DNA of 64,000 nt from Mobula hypostoma (lineage: Eukaryota): contig NC_086097.1 of the NCBI RefSeq assembly GCF_963921235.1, positions 211,484,001 through 211,548,000 on the forward strand, given 5' to 3'. The notes beneath the pieces were generated by a model. The model was given only the letters and a program-made list of their open reading frames with translations. It made no database searches and was not told the DNA's origin. The position numbers were made by a program, and so were the translations under genes. Numbering within the stretch: the stretch's first letter is position 1; each line of letters begins with the position of its first letter. Shown one piece after another: positions 26,385 through 37,007 of this stretch.

Positions 26385-28629
26385 GTGACCAAAACCTGAA
26401 TCAAAAATGTAAAATGCTAGCCATATTCAGCAAGTCAAGCGGTCTCAGAAAGGCAAACAGTTAACATTTCGGCTGTGATACCCATCATCAGCCTAGGGAA
26501 ATTGAGTTGGAAATTGGATTGGGGAGGAGAAAATTGTCTCAGTTGCTAACACTGATCAAATATGATTGAGAAAATGTAAAAGGGTAACATAATAAATATA
26601 TATTTTTTTAAAACTGTAAAAATCTTCTGGTTTTCTTTCTCAAAGCTGGTAACTCCAACCAGTCACATTATTCATTTAATGTCTTAACAATTCAACTCTA
26701 TGCACATCTAGCCTCTGCTCTCTGTCCTGATGCAGGCCTGAAACATTGACAATTTCTCTCCTGTCACCAATGCTGCTCGATCTACCTGATTTGTGTGTGC
26801 AAGTACTAGCTTTGCCTTTCCAAATTAAAATCATAACTCAAGCATAACAAGATAAGACCCTTCTAATTAACTTTCTTAGTCTTAGCATTACGCAGCATGT
26901 GTATTACGCAGCATGCTATCATCAATCCTTGACTGTGCTGAGGCCACCACCCCCCACTTACTTTTTCTCATTAAGCAGCACATGTTTATTTCTGGATTTA
27001 CAAATGCCCCTGGCAAGGCCAGCATCCATCGTCCATGTAAATTGGCTCAAATCTGTACTTTGGCTAGTAGCCATCAGTACTCTTTTCATTTAAGATGGGA
27101 GCTGAGTGTGATATTCCCACAAGATGAATTCCCACCAGCAGAGCACTGCAAGTCCATAACCTGCTGACATTGAGCAGTGCTAGATAGTCTATTGAAAGCT
27201 GTCCCAAATATTTTCTGGGCAAGGTTTTTTGGTAAGCTATGGGAGGTGGTGGAACTGGATAGGCCACAATTTGATCGGTCAGATGCTGAGGAATTGGGGG
27301 CAGTAAGTGAAAAGTTCTAAGAAGACGATGAGGGAATGAAGGGGACATAGCTGAGAGAGGTGTGGAGTCGTCTCTCCCTCAATTAAGATAGAAACAGTGA
27401 TGGGCTTGCTATTCCCATATGAGTCCCTTACTTCAGTGCCCACATCCCTGCTCCTGATGCCCATCACGGTACTTGTTCGCTGACCCAAGGCTGCCTTCCT
27501 GCATCCTGGCCCAAGCTAGCCTGTTGCCAAGGGGACGCTGCATAGTGATGAAGCATGGGCTTCATCAGCGGAAAGGGTGAGCACAGGGGGGAAAAGGAAA
27601 TGTTCTCCCAGTGTAAGGAAAGAGGAAGAGACTGGGTGACAGGATGCCAAGTGGGGAGATTGGTGGTTTGGAGTTGAGGTTGGAGAAAAGGGAATTGTGG
27701 AAGGGTGGGCGGAGTTATCAGAGTCTTGAATTTGAAGAAGAGATGTAGGGATGGAAAGGATTGAAGACGAGATGGGCTGAGGGAAAGGTGGGCAGCTATC
27801 ATTTCAGTAGCATTGGGCAATGGTATCCATGCCTGGGCCCTTGCATTGAAGCATTTATACATGTAACCACTTATACATTGATGTCCCTATGAAGTAGTCT
27901 GGACTCCTTTTATCCAGGACCTCTTTACTACTGGATTAAGACCCTGCTTTGCCAAGACAGAGCAGTAAAAAAAAAGTCATGCACCGGTAACTTCTACTCA
28001 TTGTGCAACCCCAACACCTAAGTGTCTACTCACTGAGCCAAGAACCAAGTTGGTCTGTACCAACTGGAATAATCTTAGACTTCTTAATCATGGAACAGTC
28101 TTTAACTCTGTCCCACAGCACATTATCTCTGGTCTGGCTTTGCCACTGCTCCTGACTTAAAGGAAGTCAAAAGGACCCAATGCCAATTGGAAAAACATGG
28201 CCTTAAGAGGTGTTGGGAACCTTGTTGAACCTATCAACTCATCATGAGGGATATGTGTTACAGGTCCTGGACGTGACATGATCATGAGCAGATTTGTGAA
28301 TGGAGATAAATCCACTGCAGTAACTGTATGTCTCCATGTTGTCTGCTATTGGGAACATTGTCATCATCACTGCACTTTAGTGGAAAGAACTCTTCCCCAA
28401 GTTGTGGTATGTATTCTGACCATCAGAGACAAAGGATGTGATCTTCAGTATGACCACTTATTTTCTTAGTATGACACACAAGGAGGCCATTCAGCCCATC
28501 AGTACCATGTTAGCTGCCATCATAGGTTCTTATCAATTGGATTCTCCTTTTCCTTTTTAATTCCTTTCAACTACTTTTCGCCCACATTTCCGTCACTCCT
28601 TCCATCAATGATCCATTCAGAATAATATA

Positions 28630-28792
28630 ATCACCCAGCATGTCTATGATATGGGAGGAAATCAGGGCACCAGTAGAAACCCTTGTGGCCACAGGGAGAA
28701 ACTGCAAACTCCTCCCAGAAAGTACCCAGTGTCAGAATGGAGCACTGGATCTTGGAGCGAGTGCTAACTGCTCTGCCACCATGTTGCCCAAG
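28630..28792 (-). mobile_element. V-domain tRNA-derived SINE remnant (HE1-like)
   Basis: Reverse complement: ggtggcagagcagttagcact..ggagtttgcagtttctccctgtg..gggtttc..tttcctccca. Confidence 0.7.
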
Positions 28793-28820
28793 GAACATGC
28801 AGGCAGCTGCATTGTATATA

Positions 28821-29000
28821 AGCAACACACATAAAAGTTGCTGGTGAACGCAGCAGTCCAGGCAGCATCTCTAGGAAGAGGTGCAGTCGACGTTTCAGGC
28901 CGAGACCTTTCGTCAGGACTAACTGCCTGGCCTGCTGCATTCACCAGCAACTTTTATGTGTGTTGCTTGAATTTCCAGCATCTGCAGAATTCCTGTTGTT
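28821..29000. mobile_element. Fold-back PLE-derived mini-element with intact hammerhead core
   Basis: Inverted arms of about 45 bp; perfect 13-bp TSD TGCATTGTATATA (28808-28820, 29001-29013); hammerhead at 28885-28920(-). Confidence 0.9.
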
Positions 29001-29463
29001 TGCATTGTATATAGTCTCTTTTGACCTTATACAAGCTTTTCACTCCATCACTCAAGAAGGATTGTGGAGTAAATATTAAGTCGGTTTGCCAACAGAAGTT
29101 TGTCTCGCTCTTTTGTCTGAATCATTCCTTTGTCACCAATATGACTTTGCTTTATCTGGTGAAACTGTAGTTGGTTGCACATGGTGGGCAAAATCATTGT
29201 ATTGTTGAAGAGTTGCCTTGTAATTTCACTCTTTCTGAGTATCTTTCCCTACAAGGCTTTGCATTTCCCTGTCTCTGGGAACTAAGCTCATTCCTTTAAT
29301 CATTTCAAAAAAGCTTAACGATTAAAATGCTCAGCTATGTTGCATGAACTTATTTTGCATTTGCTGAAAGAGGATTTGTTTTTGAGCGAAGAGTGATGAA
29401 AGATTCTGACAGAGCATGTCTGAACTGGCCTGTGGTGACTGATCAGCTGGATACTGAAGCACT

Positions 29464-30907
29464 GATAGTTGGAAACGCCTCCATGGGTACTCATTGGTAG
29501 TTGGAAATGCCTCCATGGGTACTCATTGGTAGTTGGAAATGCCTCCATGGGTACTCATTGGTAGTTGGAAATGCCTCCATGGGTACTCATTGGTAGTTGG
29601 AAACGCCTCCATGGGTACTCATTGGTAGTTGGAATCCACTCTATGGGTACTCATTGGTAGTTGGAAATGCCTCCATGGGTACTCATTGGTAGTTGGAAAT
29701 GCCTCCATGGGTACTCATTGGTAGTTGGAAATGCCTCCATGGGTACTCATTGGTAGTTGGAATCCACTCTATGGGTACTCATTGGTAGTTGGAATCCCCT
29801 CTATGGGTACTCATTGGTAGTTGGAAATGCCTCCATGGGTACTCATTGGTAGTTGGAATCCACTCTATGGGTACTCATTGGTAGTTGGAAACGCCTCCAT
29901 GGGTACTCATTGGTAGTTGGAATCCACTCTATGGGTACTCATTGGTAGTTGGAATCCCCTCTATGGGTATTGTTACGTACCCCGTAACTGGGTTGCCAAA
30001 CCAGCAGAAATGGATCACTCAGTTGGAGTCTGGAGTACTAGAACTAAGAAAGTTTTATTAAAGAAACAAGCAACACAGTAATCGAAAGGATAATAAATGC
30101 AACAGTTCAGTGATGATAAACACACATGTGCACAGAATTAAGATAACAGCATCAATCAAGCTCTATCGTTGTCTAGGGGTAAATGACCAATTTCAAAATG
30201 ACTCAAAGTTCAGTCCAGTTTAGTAGTTCAGTTCGCAGTAATCGTTGCCATGGCGGTGGACAACGTGGGGGAAGAGAGAGATAGAATAGGAACAACTCAT
30301 CATTCAGAACGGCTTCACTCACAGACCAGCAAGATGGCTCACAAACAGCTTTTGGGCGGGTCCTTGGTGATGTCACCTGAGGTCACCGACTGTGACCCCT
30401 CCTCCAGATGCGGTCGATCCTCTGCAGTGAACCCGGCACCCAGGCAAGGGCGGACACACACCGGGTTCCCGCTGATCGTACCTTTCCACCCTGTGCGTTG
30501 TCCGGTACTTCTCACCACTCGTGAGAGGCGCACCGCTTCCAGGGTCTCGTTACCTCGGGTGGCGTGTGTCTGTCTTAGCGAACCTGTCCCTTTTTATCCC
30601 CCTGCTGGGGTATCGCCTGTCCATCACTTCAAACAGTTCAGGGTTCAAAGGGGGGAGCCGCTCCAGACAGCTCTTCCTCCCACATCCCTTCATTACACAT
30701 CTCCAGACGCTGCTCCATTGTTCCTTATCTCTCCTTCCCCTGAGGGCAGGTGGCAGACCAACTGCTGATGCCACTGATGCTAGCCCAGGCCAGCAAACAT
30801 CTTAATTTTATGTGTATTCTCGTAACAGTACTCATTGGTAGTTGGAAATGCCTCCATGGGTACTCATTGGTAGTTGGAATCCCCTCTATGGGTACTCACT
30901 GATAGTT
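29464..30907 (+). repeat. 32-bp minisatellite (GGTAGTTGGAAATGCCTCCATGGGTACTCATT), about 18 units, split by a solo LTR
   Basis: About 16 tandem units at 29464-29970 and about 2.5 units at 30828-30907; variant cores AATGCCTCC, AACGCCTCC, ATCCACTCT and ATCCCCTCT. Confidence 0.97.
29971..30827 (-). mobile_element. Solo LTR related to the Gypsy element at 32427-40989
   Basis: TGTTAC...GTAACA termini; reverse-complement homology to LTR 40088-40989; 4-bp TSD GTAT/GTAC. Confidence 0.93.
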
Positions 30908-31159
30908 AGAGCACTTCCATGTGCACTGAAACATCACCATCAGCAAGTTTTGAAAATGCATGGGGGGGGTGGGGTGATATTGGAAAATAAACTAGGTTTT
31001 GGGTAGAGTTATGCAGATAACTGAAGAGCAGGGGTTTGGGGAAAGAAAAACAAATCTCGTTAAGGAAAGAATTTGCATCTTCAGAAAAGCTTTAAAATTT
31101 GCAGTAGAACCTAAATCAAAACTGACTTTGTACACAATCTCATCATTCTGGTTATTTAA

Positions 31160-31482
31160 AATGACAGTTGCTTGCATAGTGGACGATCCCTCTCACCCCC
31201 TCCATGACATGCTGGACAAACAGAGGAGCACCTTTAGTTACAAACTGATTCCACCGAGGTGCACCACTGAACGCCACTGGAGATCCTTTCTCCTTTCAGT
31301 TACAAGACACTACAGCTCGTACTCCTTAAGTACATGGTTTCATTGCACATCTGTATTTTGCACGATTATGTGTTAATGTACATTTTTTTTGTACCTCAAT
31401 GCTTACATTTTGTATTTTAAAGTATATATTTCTGACTGAACAACCTTGCAACAATAATTTCCTTTGGGATAAGTGAAGTTTT
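31160..31482 (+). mobile_element. Rex1-type LINE 3' remnant
   Basis: IVDDPSHPLH..QRSTFS..PRCTTER..RSF; aatttcctttgggataa 3' terminus. Confidence 0.7.
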
Positions 31483-33334
31483 ATATTTAACTTTATAAAT
31501 TTCATACAAGAAAAGGTAAAAGGTATCTAGAGTACGTGTGATATCAATGTGTGAAGTGGCACCATTTTGATTAGCAAGATGATTCTCTGAAGACGGTGGA
31601 TGAAGAATAATTGTTGACAATGTCCGAATGCAAACTTTGTCATGGAATTTTTTGTGAGATGTTGTGTGCAAATTGGCTTATGCTTTTCCTACAGTGGAAC
31701 AGTAACATTCAAAAGTAAAATGCTTTGAGGTGCTGAAAAATGCTATTTTATTTGGTTCTGCTGGGCTTAGTAGCTAAGCCACACATGAAAGCCAGGAGCT
31801 GGACTTGGTTGTCAGAGGCTGTTTGAGACGCATGGCATTGAGAGCATTTATTAGGTAGAGGAAGTGCATCCCCACTAATCCCCCTGGCTTTGACAACTTT
31901 GTGGAACCATCAAGGCAGTAAGGTTAATTATAATGATTAAGAAATGTTTAACACATTTTGGTAGGGGTATGGTCAGCAGGATGAAGTAGAAGTTGGGGGC
32001 ACAGCGGGCTGGACAATGGGACTAGAGTAAAGACATGAACAGGAAAATAAGAGACAAGTATTGGATAAAGGTGTGTACAAAATGTATTTGCCATGGTAAA
32101 TAATACTTGAGGTGCAGGCAAGTGACAAAATGAGATAGTGGAAAGAAGAGACCTTTCCATTAGTTTCACTCCCATGTTTTTGTGTCTTAAATGTCTATTT
32201 TGTTGCTTTCAGTTATTAATCCATTTCTTTCTGGAAGTTAGTGTTGCATCAATTTCCTTTGCCCTTTGCGAAAATACACCACAGATCACAACTTGTTGCC
32301 TCAGGTTCTCTTAAATCCATTCTCTGGCTGCTGTCACTTTCTACTAAAGAAAGTAGATGCCATTTCTTATTTATCTAACTTTGTAATAGATTTTGAATGC
32401 CATGATTAAATCATCCCTATTACTATTGTGACGAGAATACACATAGATTAAGATGTTAGCTGTCCTGTGCTGGCACCAGTGGGATCAGCAGTTGGTCTGC
32501 CACCTGTCTTCAGGAGAGAGAGATAAGGAAAACAATGGAGCAGCATTTGGAGATGTTAATGAAGGGACGGGAGAGTCTAACGGAAGGAGAGCTGTCAAGA
32601 TCAGCTCACCCTTTGAACCCTGAACTGTTTGAAGTGATGGACAGGCGATACCCCAGCAGGGGGATAAAAAGGGACAGGTTCGCTAAGGCAGGACACACAC
32701 GACACCCCGAGGTAACGAGACCCTGGAAGCGGTGCCCCCCCCCCCCCGCAAGTCGGTGGGAAGTTTTTTTGGACAGCTGGTCGCGGGACAAGCCATAGAC
32801 ACACAGGGTGGAAAGGCACGATCGGCGGGAACCTGGTGTGTGTCCACCCTTGCCTGGGTGCCGGGTTCACTGCAGAGAAACGATCGTATCTGGAAACGGA
32901 GGGTTCACGGTCGGTGACCTCAGATGACATCACAAAGGACTCGCCCGAAAGCTGACTGCGAAGGTCTGTGTGGAAGCCGTTTGAATATTCATTCGTTTTG
33001 CTCTCTCTCTCCTTCCCCCCACACTGTCCATCTCCCACGGCAGCGATTACTGCGAACTGAACTAAATTGAACTGAACTTTGCGTCACTTTGAAACTGGTC
33101 ATTTACCCCTAGACAACGATAGAGCTTGATTGATCCTGTTATCTTAATTCTGTGTACATGTGTGTTTATCATTGCTGAACTGTTGCATTTATTATCCTTT
33201 TGATTAGAGTACTGTGTTGCTTGTTTCTTTAATAAAACTTTCTTAGTTCTAGTAACCCAGACTCCAGCTGAGTGACATACATCAAAGTTGCTGGTGAACG
33301 CAGCAGGCCAAGCAGCATCTGTAGGAAGAGGTGC

Positions 33335-33370
33335 AGTCGACGTTTCAGGCCGAGACCCTTCGTCAGGACT
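33335..33370 (-). ncRNA. Minimal type I hammerhead ribozyme motif (3' pLTR)
   Basis: AGUC-CUGACGA-AGG(GUCUCGG)CCU-GAA-ACGU-C-GACU: stem I AGUC/GACU, conserved cores, palindromic ACGU in place of stem III, GUC cleavage triplet. Confidence 0.85.
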
Positions 33371-33660
33371 AACTGAAGGAAGAGTGAGCAAGGGATTTGA
33401 AAGTTGGAGGGGGAGATCCAAAATGATAGGAGAAGACAGGAGGGGGAGGGATAGAGCCGAGAGCTGGACAGGTGATAGGCAAAAGGGGATACGAGAGGAT
33501 CTTGGGACAAGAGGTCCGGGAAGAAAGACAAGGGCGGGGGGGTGACCCAGAGGATGGGCAAGAGGTATATTCAGAGGGACAGAGGGAGAAAAAGGAGAAT
33601 GAGAAAAGAATGTGTGCATAAAAATGAGTAACAGATGGGGTACCAGGGGGAGGTGGGGCC

Positions 33661-36471
33661 TTAGCGGAAGTTAGAGAAGTCGATGTTCATGCCATCAGTT
33701 TGGAGGCTACCCAGACGGAATATAAGGTGTTGTTCCTCCAACCTGAGTGTGGCTTCATCTTTACAGTTTGGGGCCCTGAATGGTGGTAAGGGAGGAAGTG
33801 TAAGGGCATGTGTAGCACTTGTTCCGCTTACACGGATAAGTGCCAGGAGGGAGATCAGTGGGGAGGGATGGGGGGGACGAATGGACAAGGGAGTTGTGTA
33901 GGGAGCGATCCCTGCGGAATGCAGAGAGGGGGGGGAGGGAAAGATGTGCTTAGTGGTGGGATCCCGTTGGAGGTGGCGGAAGTTACGGAGAATAATATGT
34001 TGGATCCGGAGGCTGGTGGGGTAGTAGGTGAGGACCAGGGGAACCCTATTCCTAGTGGGGTGGTGGGAGGATGGAGTGAGAGCAGATGTACGTGAAATGG
34101 GGGAGATGCGTTTAAGAGCAGAGTTGATAGTGGAGGAAGGGAAGCCCCTTTCTTTAAAAAAGGAAGACATCTCCCTCGTCCTAGAATGAAAAGCCTCATC
34201 CTGAGAGCAGATGTGGCGGAGACGGAGGAATTGCGAGAAGGGGATGGCGTTTTTGCAAGAGACAGGGTGAGAAGAGGAATAGTCCAGATAGCTGTGAGAG
34301 TCAGTAGGCTTATAGTAGACATCAGTGGATAAGCTGTCTCCAGAGACAGAGACAGAAAGATCTAGAAAGGGGAGGGAGGTGTCCGAAATGGACCAGGTAA
34401 ACTTGAGGGCAGGGTGAAAGTTGGAGGCAAAGTTAATAAAGTCAACGAGTTTTGCATGCGTGCAGGAAGCAGCGCCAATGCAGTCGTCGATGTAGCGAAG
34501 GAAAAGTGGGGGACAGATACCAGAATAGGCACGGAACATAGATTGTTCCACAAACCCAACAAAAAGGCAGGCATAGCTAGGACCCATACGGGTGCCCATA
34601 GCTACACCTTTAGTTTGGAGGAAGTGGGAGGAGCCAAAGGAGAAATTATTAAGAGTAAGGACTAATTCCGCTAGACGGAGCAGAGTGGTGGTAGAGGGGA
34701 ACTGATTAGGTCTGGAATCCAAAAAGGAGCGTAGAGCTTTGAGACCTTCCTGATGGGGGATGGAAGTATATAAGGACTGGACATCCATGGTGAAAATAAA
34801 GCAGTGGGGGCCAGGGAACTTAAAATCATTGAAAAGTTTAAGAGCGTGAGAAGTGTCACGAACATAGGTCGGAAGGGATTGAACAAGGGGTGATAAAATA
34901 GTGTCGAGGTATGCAGAAATATGTTCGGTGGGGCAGGAGCAAGCTGAGACAATAGGTCGGCCAGGACAGGCAGGTTTGTGGATCTTGGGTAGGAGGTAGA
35001 AACGGGAAGTGCGGGGTGTGGGAACTATAAGGTTGGTAGCAGTGGATGGGAGATCCCCTGAGCGGATAAAGTCGGTGATGGTGTGGGAGACAATGGCCTG
35101 GTGCTCCTTAGTGGGGTCACGATCGAGGGGTAAATAAGCGGAGGTATCCACGAGTTGTCGCTGTGCCTCGGCAAGGTAGAGGTCAGTACGCTAGACTACA
35201 ACAGCACCCCCCTTATCAGCGGGTTTAATAATAAGGTTAGGATTAGTGCGGAGGGAGTGGAGAGCAGAGCGTTCCGAAGGAGTGAGGTTGGAATGGGGAC
35301 AAGGTGCGGTGAAGTCGAGACGGTTGATGTCCCGTCGGCAGTTAGCAATAAAGAGATCCAGAGCAGGCAGAAGACCAGAGCGGGGTGTCCATGAAGAAGA
35401 GGAGGGTTGAAGACGGGAGAAGGGGTCATCGGTGGGGGTGGAAGAGTCCTTGCCGAAGAAGTAGGCTCGGAGACGGCGGAAGAAAAGTTCCGCATCATGG
35501 CGAACACGGAACTCGCTGAGGTGTGGGCGAAGGGGGACAAACGTGAGGCCCTTACTGAGGACAGAGCATTCTGCCTCCGACAGTTGAAGGTCGGAGGGGA
35601 TGGTAAAGACCCGGCACGGATGAGAGCTGGGATCAGAGGGGGGAGGGGGGAGGCTGGTGGTTTCGGTGGAGAGGGGAGGGTTGGGGTGAGAGGAAGATGG
35701 AGCCTCTGAGGGCCCAGGAGCTGACGGTGGGATCTGAGGAAGACGGGGCTGCGGAGTGATGGTGGGGGAAGGGGAGACGGGAGTCACAATAGCAGCACAT
35801 AAAGACCCGGCCTGGAGTTCAAGGCTGGAGTCGCAGTTGGTGGTTGCGCAATCACTTCGAATGTGTCCATGGTCGTTGCTGGAGTCCGGGTTTTGAATAT
35901 GCCCTGAGGTGTTGGAGCCGCCGAGGTCAATGGCAGGGGCCGCAATCTGAAGTTCATGCCTGCTAGCGTCGGGGCCAGCAGGCTCTGGAGTCCGTAGATG
36001 TAGGATCTTGCGATCTTTGCCTAACATGACAAAGTCAAAAAAACAGCGATTGCAGGCGTGAATCCGACGGAGGATGAAATAACGGGTAGGACCATTACAG
36101 ACGGTGAAGAAGGTGTCCCGAAGGTGTGGAAGGGTCTGGGATAGGGACACCAAGTACCTCCTTATGGCGGAGAGCGTCGCCTTCAGAGCTTGACGGGAGA
36201 AGCAGCGAGAGGCAGAGTCAATAAAATGTGAGTACCTGGGATCCTCAGAAGGTCCAAATTGAGAGGCTTGGAAACGAATCCTAAAGCCAACTGGAGTAAG
36301 TTGGCGACAGAGGCACGTTCCAAGAAAGGATATATGGCTGTGATAGCGAGTCTGAGTCAAAGTGTGGTCGAAAAGTTGAAGAGCCGAAGAAATTACAGAT
36401 GGGGAGCAGTGAGAGATGGTTTCACTGAACTCCCGTCGAAGAGAGGATTTAAACTTCTTCGCTGTAGGCAT
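33661..36471 (-). pseudogene. PLE polyprotein (N-terminal domain, RT, Cys linker; GIY-YIG core deleted)
   Basis: IKPADKGG, YLLPKIHKP..PGRPIVS, DVQSLYTSIP, GVAMGT and RYIDD motifs; TAG at 35191 where W is expected; frameshift near 33930; CKRNKCYTC linker; deletion near 33770. Confidence 0.9.
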
Positions 36472-36605
36472 CACCGGAAGAGACTTCGCAGTAGTGAATT
36501 TAAACGCAAACAACAGGAATTCTGCAGATGCTGGAAATTCAAGCAACATACATCAAAGTTGCTGGTGAATGCAGCAGGCCAAGCAGCATCTGTAGGAAGA
36601 GGTGC

Positions 36606-36641
36606 AGTCGACGTTTCAGGCCGAGACCCTTCGTCAGGACT
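36606..36641 (-). ncRNA. Minimal type I hammerhead ribozyme motif (5' pLTR)
   Basis: Same 36-nt motif as 33335-33370. Confidence 0.85.
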
Positions 36642-36916
36642 AACTGAAGGAAGAGTGAGTAAGGGATTTGAAAGTTGGAGGGGGAGATCCAAAATGATAG
36701 GAGAAGACAGGAGGGGGAGGGATAGAGCCGAGAGCTGGACAGGTGATAGGCAAAAGGGGATACGAGAGGATCATGGGACAGGAGGTCTGTGAAGAAAGAC
36801 GGGGGGGGGGGGTGACCCAGAGGATGGGCAAGAGGTATATTCAGAGGGACAGAGGGAGAACTGAGTGATCCATTTCTGCTGGTTTGGCAACCCAGTTACG
36901 GGGTACGTAACGTAAG

Positions 36917-36942
36917 TGGGGTTCTCATTCGCAATTTTGAAC
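36917..36942 (+). promoter_or_regulatory. Degenerate primer-binding site, tRNA-Pro-like
   Basis: TGGGGTTCTCATTCGCAATTTTGAAC, 4 nt after the LTR, resembles TGGGGGCTCGTCCGGGATTTGAAC. Confidence 0.6.
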
Positions 36943-37007
36943 GCTAAATTTGGGTCGGAGTAAATTGGGTCAAAATTCCCGAAAGAAAGAAAAGACAAAC
37001 AGCAGAA

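Larger units (their letters stand above)
33276..36860 (-). mobile_element. Near full-length Penelope-like element (Neptune-type) with direct pseudo-LTRs
   Basis: Direct repeats of about 315 bp (33276-33590, 36547-36860); TSD CTGAGTGA (33268-33275, 36861-36868); RT ORF remnants. Confidence 0.93.
32427..36912 (+). repeat. 5' LTR (32427-33275 plus 36869-36912), interrupted by the PLE
   Basis: Direct repeat of 40088-40989; ends GTAACG (CA changed to CG); TATA-like GATAAAAA at 32663-32670. Confidence 0.95.

Noticed and set aside
29315..29548. Repetitive ORFs (MEAFPTTNEYPW)
   Set aside because: Translation of a 32-bp repeat that shifts frame each unit and hits stops.
29464..29970. CRISPR-like array with constant and variable segments
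   Set aside because: Head-to-tail 32-bp units with only four recurring variants, no unique spacers, no cas genes and a eukaryotic context: it is a minisatellite.
32535..33038. ORFs repeated at 30250-30805, 32535-33038 and 40128-40772, suggesting a gene family
   Set aside because: They lie within LTR copies, occur on both strands and have no domain motifs.
33288..33545. Recurrent MLVNAAGQAAS peptide ORFs
   Set aside because: Antisense translations of the PLE pLTR.
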